From Candidatus Woesearchaeota archaeon (GTDB lineage: Archaea; Nanobdellota; Nanobdellia; SCGC-AAA011-G17; JAFCDX01), in contig JAFCDX010000001.1 in assembly GCA_017609465.1 (NCBI GenBank), positions 26,459 to 90,458 on the forward strand: a DNA stretch of 64,000 nucleotides, written 5' to 3'. A program made the position numbers and the translations under genes. This document shows, piece after piece, positions 27,221 through 36,890 of the stretch. Numbering within the stretch: position 1 is the first letter of the stretch; each line of letters starts with the position of its first letter. The notes under the pieces are model-generated. The model was not told the DNA's origin, did no database searches, and was given only the letters and a program-made list of their open reading frames with translations.

Positions 27221-28729
27221 TTATGGTTGTATCTTCTCTATTAAATTAGTCACTTTTTTAGGTCCAATCATAATTATAAAAGGAGCTAATTTTGGCCCTT
27301 TCTCTTTATTTATTAATAATCTATACACTATTTTAAAGAATTCTTTTGATTCTGTATTTGTTTCTTTACTTATATTGTAAAATTCCTCAAATAATGAATT
27401 TTCATCATATTTTCCTGATTTTAATTTATTTGCAAGTAATTTTAGTACTTCTTTCTCTTTTTTATTGAATTTTGCAAGAGGTTTTTTTTGCAGAGTAAAT
27501 TTCATGTCTTCTGGAGCATATTTATTTAACCAGTTCTTAATCAATAGTGCTCTTTTTTCAATAATCTTATTTTTTGGCTTAAAATCAGGCAATTGAACCA
27601 ATGTTGTTAAATGTCTGAAACCTATTTTCTCGGGCAATTTTTCTGGAATTTTATCCACACATGACAATTCATAAATCCTTTTTTGTTTTTTGTCAAGCTT
27701 ATTCTCAAAATAATTTCTTTCTAATTTGTCAAATTCCTCATAATTTTTAATAACATCAAGATCAAAACTTATTGAAAATTCTTTATTTGGTTTTGTGCTT
27801 GCAAATAACCATCTAATTATTTCTGGTTCATAAATTTCCAAACAATCTCCTAAGGTTATAACATTTCCCAAAGAACTTGATATTTTTCCTCCAGCACCCT
27901 TAATTTTTACAAAATCATACATAACATATGATGGGGCTTCAAAATTGTAAACTTCCTTTACAATTTCTTTTCCAGTGGAATAGCTTCCCCCAATTGTAGA
28001 GTGATCTTTTCCTCCAGGCTCAAAATCAACTTTTTCATAATCCCACCTCATAGGCCAGTCAACTCTCCATAACAAACTTGCACGTCCATCTTTTGAAAAA
28101 TCAAATTCCTTTAATTTTCCTTTTTTATCTTTATATGATAATTTGGAATCTCCTAAATATTTTAAATCAGTAAATTCATCAGTTCCAGAATCAGGATCAA
28201 ACAAAGTGACAGGAAGCCAATTTTCTTTTAATGGCTCTTTTCTGTATTTGTTTAAAATAGATTTTATTTTATCAACATTTTCAATAGCTTTTTTTATTCC
28301 TTCTTTGTATTTTAAACCTCTATACATATCTGCCTGATAAATAAATTTTGGTTTAATCCCAAGTTTCTTTATGTCTTCTTCAACTTCTTTTTCAAAATGC
28401 TTTGCATAACTTTTAGAAGTTCCGTAAGGGTCTGGAATATCAACAATTGGTTTTCTCAAATTCTTTTTTAGCATTTCTTGTTTTGGAAGGCCTTTTGGAA
28501 CTTTTCTGAAAACATCATAATCATCCCATGAATAAATGAATCTTACTTCTTTTCCTTTTTTTTGTAATGCTCTAGAAACTAAATCAACTGTAATTATCTC
28601 CCTAAAGTTTCCTATATGCACAATACCAGAGGGGGTTATTCCTGCTGCACAGACATATTTCTTTTTGTTTCTCTTTTCCCTTATGATTCTTTCAGCAGCA
28701 CCATCTGCCCAATGAAAAGCTTCTTTCAT
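27221..28729 (-). CDS. lysS: Lysine--tRNA ligase, class I
   Basis: HWAD, GITPSGxxHIGNFRE, WRVDWPMRW, EPGGKDH, KISSSLGN. Confidence 0.97.
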   Translation of the reverse strand: MKEAFHWADGAAERIIREKRNKKKYVCAAGITPSGIVHIGNFREIITVDLVSRALQKKGKEVRFIYSWDDYDVFRKVPKGLPKQEMLKKNLRKPIVDIPDPYGTSKSYAKHFEKEVEEDIKKLGIKPKFIYQADMYRGLKYKEGIKKAIENVDKIKSILNKYRKEPLKENWLPVTLFDPDSGTDEFTDLKYLGDSKLSYKDKKGKLKEFDFSKDGRASLLWRVDWPMRWDYEKVDFEPGGKDHSTIGGSYSTGKEIVKEVYNFEAPSYVMYDFVKIKGAGGKISSSLGNVITLGDCLEIYEPEIIRWLFASTKPNKEFSISFDLDVIKNYEEFDKLERNYFENKLDKKQKRIYELSCVDKIPEKLPEKIGFRHLTTLVQLPDFKPKNKIIEKRALLIKNWLNKYAPEDMKFTLQKKPLAKFNKKEKEVLKLLANKLKSGKYDENSLFEEFYNISKETNTESKEFFKIVYRLLINKEKGPKLAPFIIMIGPKKVTNLIEKIQP

Positions 28730-28763
28730 AACAATAAAATAGATAATTTATATATAAAGTTTC

Positions 28764-29027
28764 TTAATATCTTATTTCGAAGTTTTCAAATTCTTCATTC
28801 TCTATATTATTAACAATAACATCATAAACACTTGCCCCAGAAGGACCTTTCCTGCATAATTCAATTAATTTTTTAATATTCTCTTCAGAACCTTTTGCAA
28901 CAACTTCAACATCACCATTGTTCAAATTTTTAACATAACCTTTTAAATCTAAAGAACTTGCATTATCATAAACAAATTTCCTAAAAAACACTCCTTGAAC
29001 TTTTCCCTTAATTATTATCTTTTTCAT
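28764..29027 (-). CDS. acyP: Acylphosphatase
   Basis: GKVQGVFFR, GYVKNLxxGDVE. Confidence 0.95.
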   Translation of the reverse strand: MKKIIIKGKVQGVFFRKFVYDNASSLDLKGYVKNLNNGDVEVVAKGSEENIKKLIELCRKGPSGASVYDVIVNNIENEEFENFEIRY

Positions 29028-29997
29028 ATTTTGGATAAACTCCTGCTTTCATTAATATTGTTTTTTCCTTTATTACAGTCCCTTTTTCATTATTCAAAAT
29101 CTCTTCTGAATTCATTAAGCATTTTCCAAAACCAATTAATTCATTTTTCAATGTGAAAAAGGCAACAGTTTCATTTTTATTTATATCAGATTCTAATTTG
29201 GATATGCCTGGAAGGTTTAAATTTGCACCATGACATAATGAATCAACAGTAGAATCCAAAACCCAGATTTTTGGAAGATGAGAAACTCCAAATTCAACTG
29301 GCTTTATTATATTCATTAACTTTTTAGAATTTCCTTCCTTATGTTCTTCATAAGCGTCTTTTAAATCAACTAATGAATACATTTCATTTTCATTAAAGGG
29401 ACCTGCTTTTGTTCTTATCAATTGTGCCATGTTAGCGCCTGTTTTTAATTTCAACCCAATATCATGAATAAATTTTCTTATATAAGTTCCAGACTGGCAT
29501 CCAATTTTGAATAAAACATCTTGTCCTTTTATTTCCAACACATCAATATAATAAATTTCTCTTTCCCTTAATCTCCTTTTTACAGAGCTTTTTTTAGGAG
29601 GCATTTGTTTTATCTTTCCTACAGAGTTCATGAAAATTTCTTTTACTTTTTTTTCAGGAACTTCCTTGTGCAAATGCATCAAAGCAACATATTCTTTTCC
29701 TGCAAGCAACAATGTTCTTAATATTCTGGTTGCTTCATTTAATGCTATAGGCAATACTCCTGTAACAGCAGGATCTAATGTCCCCCCATGACCAGTCTTG
29801 CTTACATTCAATATTTTCTTAGCATAATCAGATACTTGGTGGGATGTGGGTCCTTTGTTTTTATTAACACATATCACTCCTTTTTCCAAAAATTCAACAA
29901 TAGTTCTTTCTTCTGGTTTTTTTCCAAAATTCTTATCTGTATCTGCTTCTAATTTTGTAAGAATTTTCCTATCTTCTTTTTCAAATGGCAATTTCAT
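29008..29997 (-). CDS. cbf5: H/ACA RNA-guided pseudouridine synthase Cbf5
   Basis: GPTSHQV, GHGGTLDP, GTYIRK, PUA domain. Confidence 0.96.
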   Translation of the reverse strand: MKLPFEKEDRKILTKLEADTDKNFGKKPEERTIVEFLEKGVICVNKNKGPTSHQVSDYAKKILNVSKTGHGGTLDPAVTGVLPIALNEATRILRTLLLAGKEYVALMHLHKEVPEKKVKEIFMNSVGKIKQMPPKKSSVKRRLREREIYYIDVLEIKGQDVLFKIGCQSGTYIRKFIHDIGLKLKTGANMAQLIRTKAGPFNENEMYSLVDLKDAYEEHKEGNSKKLMNIIKPVEFGVSHLPKIWVLDSTVDSLCHGANLNLPGISKLESDINKNETVAFFTLKNELIGFGKCLMNSEEILNNEKGTVIKEKTILMKAGVYPKYEKDNN

Positions 29998-30003
29998 AAG
30001 AAT

Positions 30004-30555
30004 TTATTTCTTCAAGGATTTATGAGGTTTTTGTTTTTGAGTAATTATTTTTTGAGATCTTAATTTCTCCTCCTCCTCTTTTGTAAGCTCTTTTTTCTTT
30101 TTACCTTCGCCTTTTGTATCGTGACCAGATTCTTTTTCAAGAACTTCTTCTCCAACTTTTCCTTCTTTTAATAACTTATTTTCCTGTTCCTGCTCTTTTT
30201 CTTTTTGTGTTTTTTCAGCTTCTTCTTTTTTATCTTCTTTGGGTTTTTTCTTTTTCTCTTTAGCTTCTTTTTCTTCCTTGGTTTCCTGGAAGTTTTTATC
30301 AACCAATTCAACCTGGGCATAATCGTCTATTTTTCTTGTTTTTACTTTTACTCTTGGAAGAGGATTTTTCATTCCCCTTGACCATACTAATTCATTCAAG
30401 TGAGGTCCTATCTTTACATCTTTTACTTTCATATGTTTAGAAACAAATTCTCTTATGGCAGTAACTGCTTTTTTTGTTTTTTTGTAAGTTGGAACTTTTA
30501 TAAATTCTCTTCTTAACGGTATTACATACTCCCTTTCTAAATTCTTGTCTGCCAT
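30004..30555 (-). CDS. rpl31e: Ribosomal protein L31e with long charged C-terminal extension
   Basis: ERxYVIPLR, LNELVWSRG; about 95 extra Lys/Glu-rich residues. Confidence 0.92.
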   Translation of the reverse strand: MADKNLEREYVIPLRREFIKVPTYKKTKKAVTAIREFVSKHMKVKDVKIGPHLNELVWSRGMKNPLPRVKVKTRKIDDYAQVELVDKNFQETKEEKEAKEKKKKPKEDKKEEAEKTQKEKEQEQENKLLKEGKVGEEVLEKESGHDTKGEGKKKKELTKEEEEKLRSQKIITQKQKPHKSLKK

Positions 30556-30557
30556 TC

Positions 30558-30731
30558 TTAAACTTTAGTCTTGTCTCTTCTCCAATGTCTTTTAACAGAA
30601 GTATAACGGCCAGGGTGAACTCTTCTTCCAGATCTTAATATCCTTGGAACTACCCAAAAAGGAGCCCATCTTGATTGTCTTCCTTTTTTTGCTAATCTTA
30701 ATTTTTTCCCAAGTTTAATGAATCTACTCAT
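30558..30731 (-). CDS. rpl39e: Ribosomal protein L39e (57 aa)
   Basis: Not in ORF track. MSRFIKLGKKLRLAKKGRQSRWAPFWV...KRHWRRDKTKV; lies between S19e and L31e. Confidence 0.9.
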   Translation of the reverse strand: MSRFIKLGKKLRLAKKGRQSRWAPFWVVPRILRSGRRVHPGRYTSVKRHWRRDKTKV

Positions 30732-31141
30732 TTTGATAATTTATTAAGGAATTTTTTTCCTTTCCCGGTTATAATACGTCCTTTGTGACCTTTTATATCT
30801 TTTTTCTCTATCAACCCTGCTTTTTCCAGCTGCTGGAGTATTTTTCTTATTATATTTGTAGAGCCTGTGTAGGTTCTTTCTTTTTTATGTCCTCTTTGTT
30901 TTCTACCTCCATATTTTTTGCTTAATTTTGATACACCAAGAGGCCCTTTTGCTAAATATATTTTTCTTAATATTGAAGCTGCCCTTATATTCCACCAATT
31001 TTTCTGAACAGGAGGTCTCTCCTTATGAGTCCCTGTTTTAACAAATTTAGACCACAATGGAGCTTTTACTTCTTCCAATTTCTCCAATTCTTGAGCTGTT
31101 TTCTCAATAATCTCATTTGGATTTTTATCATAGATTGTCAT
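30728..31141 (-). CDS. rps19e: Ribosomal protein S19e
   Basis: FVKTGTHKERPP, WWNIRAASILRK, IIRKILQQLE. Confidence 0.97.
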   Translation of the reverse strand: MTIYDKNPNEIIEKTAQELEKLEEVKAPLWSKFVKTGTHKERPPVQKNWWNIRAASILRKIYLAKGPLGVSKLSKKYGGRKQRGHKKERTYTGSTNIIRKILQQLEKAGLIEKKDIKGHKGRIITGKGKKFLNKLSK

Positions 31142-31180
31142 AAGAATTTCATTTATGATTATATTTAAAAATCTTACTGT

Positions 31181-31882
31181 TTAGAAACCGTTTTTTCCCT
31201 TGTCATAAAATCCTTTGGATTCCAATAAATTATTCAAATTAGATAATTTTTGGTAAAATAAACCCAAATTGTGGTATACCTTTCTTTTTTCATCTTCTTT
31301 CATCAACCAATCATATCTCAGTTCTAAATCTTTAATTATATCTTTTTTATCTTGGTCTTCATTTTTATCAAGTTCCATATCTCTATATAAAAAAGATATT
31401 TCTTCAGCAATTTCTTTTGAAAATCCATTTAGATTAAGATAAAACAAATAACTATCGAATTCTCCTTTTATCAAATCTATCTCATCCTTTCCTCCATTTA
31501 ATCCTTCAAATGTACCTTCATTTATTCTTTTTATTAACATATCATAAATAACAGAATATTCATTTGAAGCCATCAAAAATCTGTCTTTATCATTTATTAA
31601 TAACCATACAAGTGAAGATGGAATATCTTCATGATTAAGTTCAAACAAATAACCCCCTTCCTTATATAAATCTTTCATCGCTTCACTGTAATAATAAGGG
31701 TATTTATCAAAATTAGAATATTTATTTGCAGTTTTTTTCAATTGGGATATCTCTTCATTGAATTCCCTTTCTCCAGATTCTGCAATATCTTTGTTATAAC
31801 CTTCCCCATCCTCATATATAAGATTAGATCTAACTATGTTTTCCAAATTTTCTATTTCCGGTTTTGATTGATTTTCTTTCAT
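31181..31882 (-). CDS. Hypothetical protein
   Basis: 233-aa ORF, no recognised motif. Confidence 0.6.
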   Translation of the reverse strand: MKENQSKPEIENLENIVRSNLIYEDGEGYNKDIAESGEREFNEEISQLKKTANKYSNFDKYPYYYSEAMKDLYKEGGYLFELNHEDIPSSLVWLLINDKDRFLMASNEYSVIYDMLIKRINEGTFEGLNGGKDEIDLIKGEFDSYLFYLNLNGFSKEIAEEISFLYRDMELDKNEDQDKKDIIKDLELRYDWLMKEDEKRKVYHNLGLFYQKLSNLNNLLESKGFYDKGKNGF

Positions 31883-31909
31883 TTTAATAAAAAAGAAGAA
31901 AAGAAAGAT

Positions 31910-32662
31910 TTACTGAGCTGAATTTGTATTTTGTTCTTGTTTCCCTGTTTCATTACCTGCAGGAGTTTCTTCTTCATCTTCAGATTCTTCTTCAGTTTCA
32001 GTTTCTTCTTCTACTTCGTCTTCAGATTCATCCTCAGCTTCTTCATTTCCTTTCCTTTCCTTTTTGAATTTTTCTCCTATTTCAGACTCTCTTTCTCTAT
32101 TTTGGAATCTTTCCATAGATTTGCTGGACTTCTGTAAAGCGTTTTCAATTCCTTGTGTTGGAACTCCTTTTTCTTCTAATTTTGCTTTAACTCTTGCCAA
32201 AACAGATATGTGTTTTTGAAGTCTTTCTTCTATGATTTTTGCTGTTTCTTCATCTTCTTTAGCAATTTCCTCATTTTCTTCTGCAACTTCAGAAACTAAT
32301 TCTGCATGCTTTTCCTGAGCTCTTGAGAGTGCTTCCAATTTTCTTTCTTTTGCCATCTCATTAACTTCTTTTAACCTTTCTTCAGCAAACTTAAGTTTAA
32401 GTTGTGCTTTTTCTGCTTTACCTATAGTTAAAAGCAACTGTATTCTTTCCTGAGCTCTTTCAAGACCCCATAATATCCTGTTATCTGGAGTAACACCAGC
32501 TTCAGCTTCTTCAGGTTCTGTTTCTTCTTGTGTTTCATTGGTTGTATCTACTATCTCTTCTATATCAGAGTCTGATAAATCGGTCTTATTGGCTTCTTGT
32601 GCTAGTGCAAGGGGTGAAACCAAAAACACCAAACTAACCAAAATTGCTATTAGCTTTTTCAT
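31910..32662 (-). CDS. Secreted helical protein, DUF5667-like
   Basis: Likely start MKKLIAIL after GGAGGT; AGVTPD...WGLERAQERIQL...AEERLKE motif; acidic tail. Confidence 0.75.
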   Translation of the reverse strand: MKKLIAILVSLVFLVSPLALAQEANKTDLSDSDIEEIVDTTNETQEETEPEEAEAGVTPDNRILWGLERAQERIQLLLTIGKAEKAQLKLKFAEERLKEVNEMAKERKLEALSRAQEKHAELVSEVAEENEEIAKEDEETAKIIEERLQKHISVLARVKAKLEEKGVPTQGIENALQKSSKSMERFQNRERESEIGEKFKKERKGNEEAEDESEDEVEEETETEEESEDEEETPAGNETGKQEQNTNSAQ

Positions 32663-32666
32663 TTTT

Positions 32667-33155
32667 TTACCTCCATCTCTTTTGGTTCTCATTTGTATGA
32701 GTATTATTTTGTAGTTTTTGATATACATCTGCTGTTAAATCATATAGGCTTTTTAAAGGATTTTTGATATCTTCTTTTTCTAAATTAACTTCCGTATATT
32801 CATTTCCGTTTTGATACCCTCTGATCATAGGATATCCTTTTCTTAGCACATCAAAACCTTTATCTGTTACCATTAAATTATATTTATCCTTTATTTTTAT
32901 TCTATCAATATCAAAACTCCCAATAAGATTGTCCAATTTTTCAACAAGTTTTTTTTCTGGTGCTGTTACTGTATTCTCTTTTCTATTGAGTTTATAATTT
33001 ATTTTATCTAGTTTTGATAAATAATCAGCTATCTCCATAATAGATTTATTTGTTAATTCAAATACAGGGAGATATCCTCCATTTTCTACTCTCTCAACAG
33101 TCAGCATATCGGCCAACCTTGTTTCTTTCTTTATTTTTCCAATTTCTTGTTTCAT
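32667..33155 (-). CDS. Hypothetical protein
   Basis: 162 aa, GGAGG SD upstream. Confidence 0.65.
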   Translation of the reverse strand: MKQEIGKIKKETRLADMLTVERVENGGYLPVFELTNKSIMEIADYLSKLDKINYKLNRKENTVTAPEKKLVEKLDNLIGSFDIDRIKIKDKYNLMVTDKGFDVLRKGYPMIRGYQNGNEYTEVNLEKEDIKNPLKSLYDLTADVYQKLQNNTHTNENQKRWR

Positions 33156-33225
33156 TTTTTTTCCTCCAAAAGAGTTAATATATATGTAATGAGGCCATTT
33201 ATAAATAAACTTGTTTTTTTCGAAA

Positions 33226-33281
33226 AATAAAGCTTTATTACGCTTTTTTAAACTTTATAATCCCCAAAATAAGCTTATTTT
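33226..33281. promoter_or_regulatory. Two AAGCTT-centred perfect palindromes (candidate operators)
   Basis: AATAAAGCTTTATT (33226-33239) and AAAATAAGCTTATTTT (33266-33281) in a divergent intergenic region. Confidence 0.45.
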
Positions 33282-33322
33282 TAAAGAAAAAGTTTTTAAA
33301 CATAAAATAACCTATAAAACCA

Positions 33323-33946
33323 ATGAAAAACATATTTTATTTTTTAGTTCTAGTATTTTTAATAATTCCTTTTGCAAGTAGTGCTACTATACAAGGGAAT
33401 GTATTTGATATTGGTTTAGATACTGTTGAGAATGCAATTGTAGAGATAAATACTGTTCCCATGCAAAGAGTTGTTGCAATAAATGGGAGATATTCATTCT
33501 CAAGTGTTCCTCCAGGGGATTATACAATAACAGCAATATCCCCTAATAGAGAAATAACTACAAAAGAAAATATAACTATATTAAGAGAAGATGGAACCTA
33601 TAATATTGACTTATTCCTCATACCTGAATTAGAGCAGGGAAAAGAGGATAACAACCTAATATATTATGTTTTTGTAGTTTTAGTATTTATTGTATTTTCA
33701 TTGATAATTTTTCTTAAAAAATATAAAAAAAGAAACAAAAAAGAAACAGAGCAAAGGATTGATGAGGATTTAGATAAAGTTTTAAACATAATAAAAAAAG
33801 AGGGGAATAGAACAACTCAAAAACATATAAGGGAACAATTAGGATTATCAGAAGCAAAAGTAAGCCTTATGGTAACCGAACTTGAAGATAAAGGAATTGT
33901 TAAAAGAATTAAAAAGGGCCGTTCTAATATTGTTATACTAAAATAG
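33323..33946 (+). CDS. Membrane-anchored winged-helix transcriptional regulator (COG2512-like)
   Basis: Signal peptide, carboxypeptidase-regulatory-like domain, TM, TQxxIRxxLGLSEAKVSLMVTELExKG...KKGR. Confidence 0.85.
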   Translation: MKNIFYFLVLVFLIIPFASSATIQGNVFDIGLDTVENAIVEINTVPMQRVVAINGRYSFSSVPPGDYTITAISPNREITTKENITILREDGTYNIDLFLIPELEQGKEDNNLIYYVFVVLVFIVFSLIIFLKKYKKRNKKETEQRIDEDLDKVLNIIKKEGNRTTQKHIREQLGLSEAKVSLMVTELEDKGIVKRIKKGRSNIVILK

Positions 33947-33947
33947 A

Positions 33948-34208
33948 TTATTCCAAAGATAGAATTAAATGTCTTTTTTCCCAAATTTTTAAAACTTCTT
34001 CTACAGTTAACTCAGGAGAATCTTCGGAAACAGACAAAGCCAAATCTTCTTTTCTAAAATTTTGAGGAACGACATATAAACGACAACCATAACCATTTTC
34101 ATTAAATCTAACATATCTTATTTCTGCCTTTCCTTTCTCTTGGTCTCCCTGAGTCAATTTACATGCAAGTCTGTATGCTTTAGATGAGTCTTCCATTTTC
34201 CTTTTCAA
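33948..34208 (-). CDS. Hypothetical protein
   Basis: 86-aa ORF filling the gap; start uncertain. Confidence 0.45.
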   Translation of the reverse strand: MKRKMEDSSKAYRLACKLTQGDQEKGKAEIRYVRFNENGYGCRLYVVPQNFRKEDLALSVSEDSPELTVEEVLKIWEKRHLILSLE

Positions 34209-34295
34209 AATTATATTAAAGAAATTATATTTAAAGTTATTTTTTCAAAAATAATACAAAAAGTATATATATTAGTTAAAATTACTTTATAATTT

Positions 34296-34691
34296 ATGAG
34301 CAAAAAAAAGGGGACTAGATGCGAGAGAGAACTTTTCCATATGTTATATGATAAAAATTTCTTTCCTGTAAGAGCCGCAGGATCTGGATCAACGCCAATT
34401 CCAAATCCTGATATAATTGCTGGAAAAGATGGGAGAGTATTGGCCATCGAATGCAAATCCCTAAAAAGAGATAACAAATTCTTTATGGAAAAAGAAATAA
34501 TTGATTTAAAGCTATTTTCCAAGAAATTTGGTGCAGAACCATGGTTAGCAATAAAATTTAATAATAAAGGATGGTTTTTTATTAATCCAAAATATCTATC
34601 AAAAACAAAAAGCGGAAATTTCTATATGAATATTAAATTAGCTAAAGAAAAAGGTATAGATTTTAAGGAATTTATAAAGAGAAAACTTTAA
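34296..34691 (+). CDS. hjc: Holliday junction resolvase Hjc
   Basis: KGxxxERE, RAAGSG, PDIIA, IECK. Confidence 0.95.
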   Translation: MSKKKGTRCERELFHMLYDKNFFPVRAAGSGSTPIPNPDIIAGKDGRVLAIECKSLKRDNKFFMEKEIIDLKLFSKKFGAEPWLAIKFNNKGWFFINPKYLSKTKSGNFYMNIKLAKEKGIDFKEFIKRKL

Positions 34692-34714
34692 ATTTTCTTA
34701 AATTTTTATCTAAT

Positions 34715-35092
34715 ATGGCAAAATTCAGAAATATAGTAAAATATACTGGCCTGGATAAACTAACCCTTCTTGAAAAGATTAAACTAAAAAATATAGCAGA
34801 ATCAAAATATTCCAAGATAAGCAGATTATTCCAAGATAAACCTGCAGATGTGTCTATAAATGTAAAAATATATGATAAAGAGAAAAAAAGAAAATATTCC
34901 CTACATGGAAAAGTGGAAGCAGCAACAAGAATATTTTCTGCAAGCGCTTCTGACTGGGATATAAAGAAAACTACTCATGAGGTGATGGACAAACTGGAAA
35001 GCGAGGTAAAAAAACAGTTTAAACCACAAACCAAAGAATGGAGAAGAAAAGGCGGTTTTAAGAATTTTATAGCAGAAAAATTTTCTAAATGA
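34715..35092 (+). CDS. HPF/RaiA-like putative ribosome hibernation protein
   Basis: Pattern KYSLHGKV...FSASASDWD...VMDKLESEVKK resembles the HPF fold. Confidence 0.55.
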   Translation: MAKFRNIVKYTGLDKLTLLEKIKLKNIAESKYSKISRLFQDKPADVSINVKIYDKEKKRKYSLHGKVEAATRIFSASASDWDIKKTTHEVMDKLESEVKKQFKPQTKEWRRKGGFKNFIAEKFSK

Positions 35093-36504
35093 AACGCATT
35101 ATTCATATAATAGTATTCTTATTATTTTTAAATATAGCTACAAGTATAGAGATAAAAGAGATAATGTATAATCCAGAAGGCTCTGATGATAATTATGAAT
35201 GGTTTGAGATTTATAATAATGAAGATTGCATAAACATAACTAATCTTAAGTTTTATGAAAATGATATTAATCATAAAATTAATTCTGTAGAAAATGAAAC
35301 GTTATGTAAGGGAGAGTATGCAATAATAGTGGATGATATTTCTTCATTTAAAGAGAGACATAATTATACTGGAAAATTATATGAAAGTAGTTTTTCATTA
35401 AAGAACTCTGGAGAAAATATATCATTAAAAAATACCACCGATTTTCTTTTTTCTGTATACTATAATGATGTGGCCAATGAAGGGAATTCTATATGCGACA
35501 TAGGTAATAAATGGGAAGAATGCAAACCAACACCTGGAAATGTAAATGAAATATTTAAACAAGATATTAATTGCTTAAGAATAAATGAATTTCTTCCAAA
35601 TCCTTATGGTGATGACAATGAGGAAATGCCTGAAGGAGAATGGATTGAAATAAAAAACGAGTGTAGTGAAGAATATGATTTAAAAGGTTTTAAATTAAAG
35701 GATTATTATGGTAAAGATTATGATTTGACAATTTCTGATACAAACACAATAGATGGGACAATTATTGATGATTATCTTGTTATATATATGAACGGAAGGT
35801 CTGGATTTTTAAACAACGAAAATTTTGAAGAAATAAGCTTTTATGATTTGGATGGGAATCTTATTGACAAAGTATCATATAGCGGTTCTTATGAGTCCTT
35901 ATCATGGAATAAAGTAGACAACAAATGGGCTTTGAGAAAGCCAACACCTTCCAAGAAAAATATAGAAAGTGAAATGGATTTTGATTCAAAACTAAATATA
36001 GAAAATGTTTATTTGGGCAATGATAATAAAGCTAAATTTGGAGACACTTTAAGAGTTCGTGTGAATATAATAAAAGGTAACACTTCAAGATATGCAGTTT
36101 ATTTATACTTAGAGAAAGATGGTATAAAATATAGCAAAAGAACTTCCATTAATATTTTTGAAAGATATGAAGAATTTACTTTTACTCTCCCTTTGCAAAT
36201 AAATCCAGATTGCAATGAAAAATACGAAGATGGAAATTATTATGTTGTTCTCGAAGGCCTTGGAGAAAAAACAAGCGAAGAAATTTTAATAGATGGTTAT
36301 ATTGATGATTTTTGTCAAAAGGTCAATAAAGAAAAAATAATTAAAGAAGAATGTATTTCTCAAAAAGAGAATAATTTTGATGACATTACTGGAAAAGTTA
36401 TTTATGAATCATCAGATATTAAATCCGAAGAGATAGGTTTATATATGTTTTCTTTTTTACTCTTAATATTACTTTTAAGTTTACTTATTAAAAAATGGCA
36501 ATAG
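35089..36504 (+). CDS. Surface protein with two lamin-tail domains and C-terminal TM
   Basis: IKEIMYNP...EWFEIYN and INEFLPNP...EWIEIKN; PTPG. Confidence 0.85.
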   Translation: MKRIIHIIVFLLFLNIATSIEIKEIMYNPEGSDDNYEWFEIYNNEDCINITNLKFYENDINHKINSVENETLCKGEYAIIVDDISSFKERHNYTGKLYESSFSLKNSGENISLKNTTDFLFSVYYNDVANEGNSICDIGNKWEECKPTPGNVNEIFKQDINCLRINEFLPNPYGDDNEEMPEGEWIEIKNECSEEYDLKGFKLKDYYGKDYDLTISDTNTIDGTIIDDYLVIYMNGRSGFLNNENFEEISFYDLDGNLIDKVSYSGSYESLSWNKVDNKWALRKPTPSKKNIESEMDFDSKLNIENVYLGNDNKAKFGDTLRVRVNIIKGNTSRYAVYLYLEKDGIKYSKRTSINIFERYEEFTFTLPLQINPDCNEKYEDGNYYVVLEGLGEKTSEEILIDGYIDDFCQKVNKEKIIKEECISQKENNFDDITGKVIYESSDIKSEEIGLYMFSFLLLILLLSLLIKKWQ

Positions 36505-36890
36505 AAGTTAAGGTAATAATAGAAATAGCGGGTTTTCCTGAAGAGCATGTCAAAAAGACAATGGACATGGTTATGGATAGATTGAAAAATGAAAAAGGTA
36601 TAAAAATAAATAACAAAAAGGTTGAAGAAGTAAAAAAAGTAAAGGAAGTTTGGAGCACATATGCTGATATGGAATTGGAAATAGAAAATATGGAAACATT
36701 AAACAATTTCTGTTTTAATTACATGCCTTCCTCTATAGAGATAATTAATCCTGATAAACTAAACATAGAATCGCAGGAGATATCCAATCTCATGAATGAT
36801 CTACTTGCAAGATTACATAATTTTTCAATGTTCTTGAAAAACCTACAGGCAGAAAATATAAACTTGAAAAAAGAATTGGGAAAAAATTAA
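36495..36890 (+). CDS. Hypothetical protein
   Basis: IIEIAGFPEEH, YMPSSIEIINP; overlaps upstream gene. Confidence 0.75.
   Translation: MAIEVKVIIEIAGFPEEHVKKTMDMVMDRLKNEKGIKINNKKVEEVKKVKEVWSTYADMELEIENMETLNNFCFNYMPSSIEIINPDKLNIESQEISNLMNDLLARLHNFSMFLKNLQAENINLKKELGKN

Noticed and set aside
32663..32728. Longer N-terminus of the DUF5667-like ORF
   Set aside because: Overlaps the upstream gene; SD and signal peptide support a start at 32662
34211..34522. 103-aa minus-strand ORF
   Set aside because: Antisense to hjc
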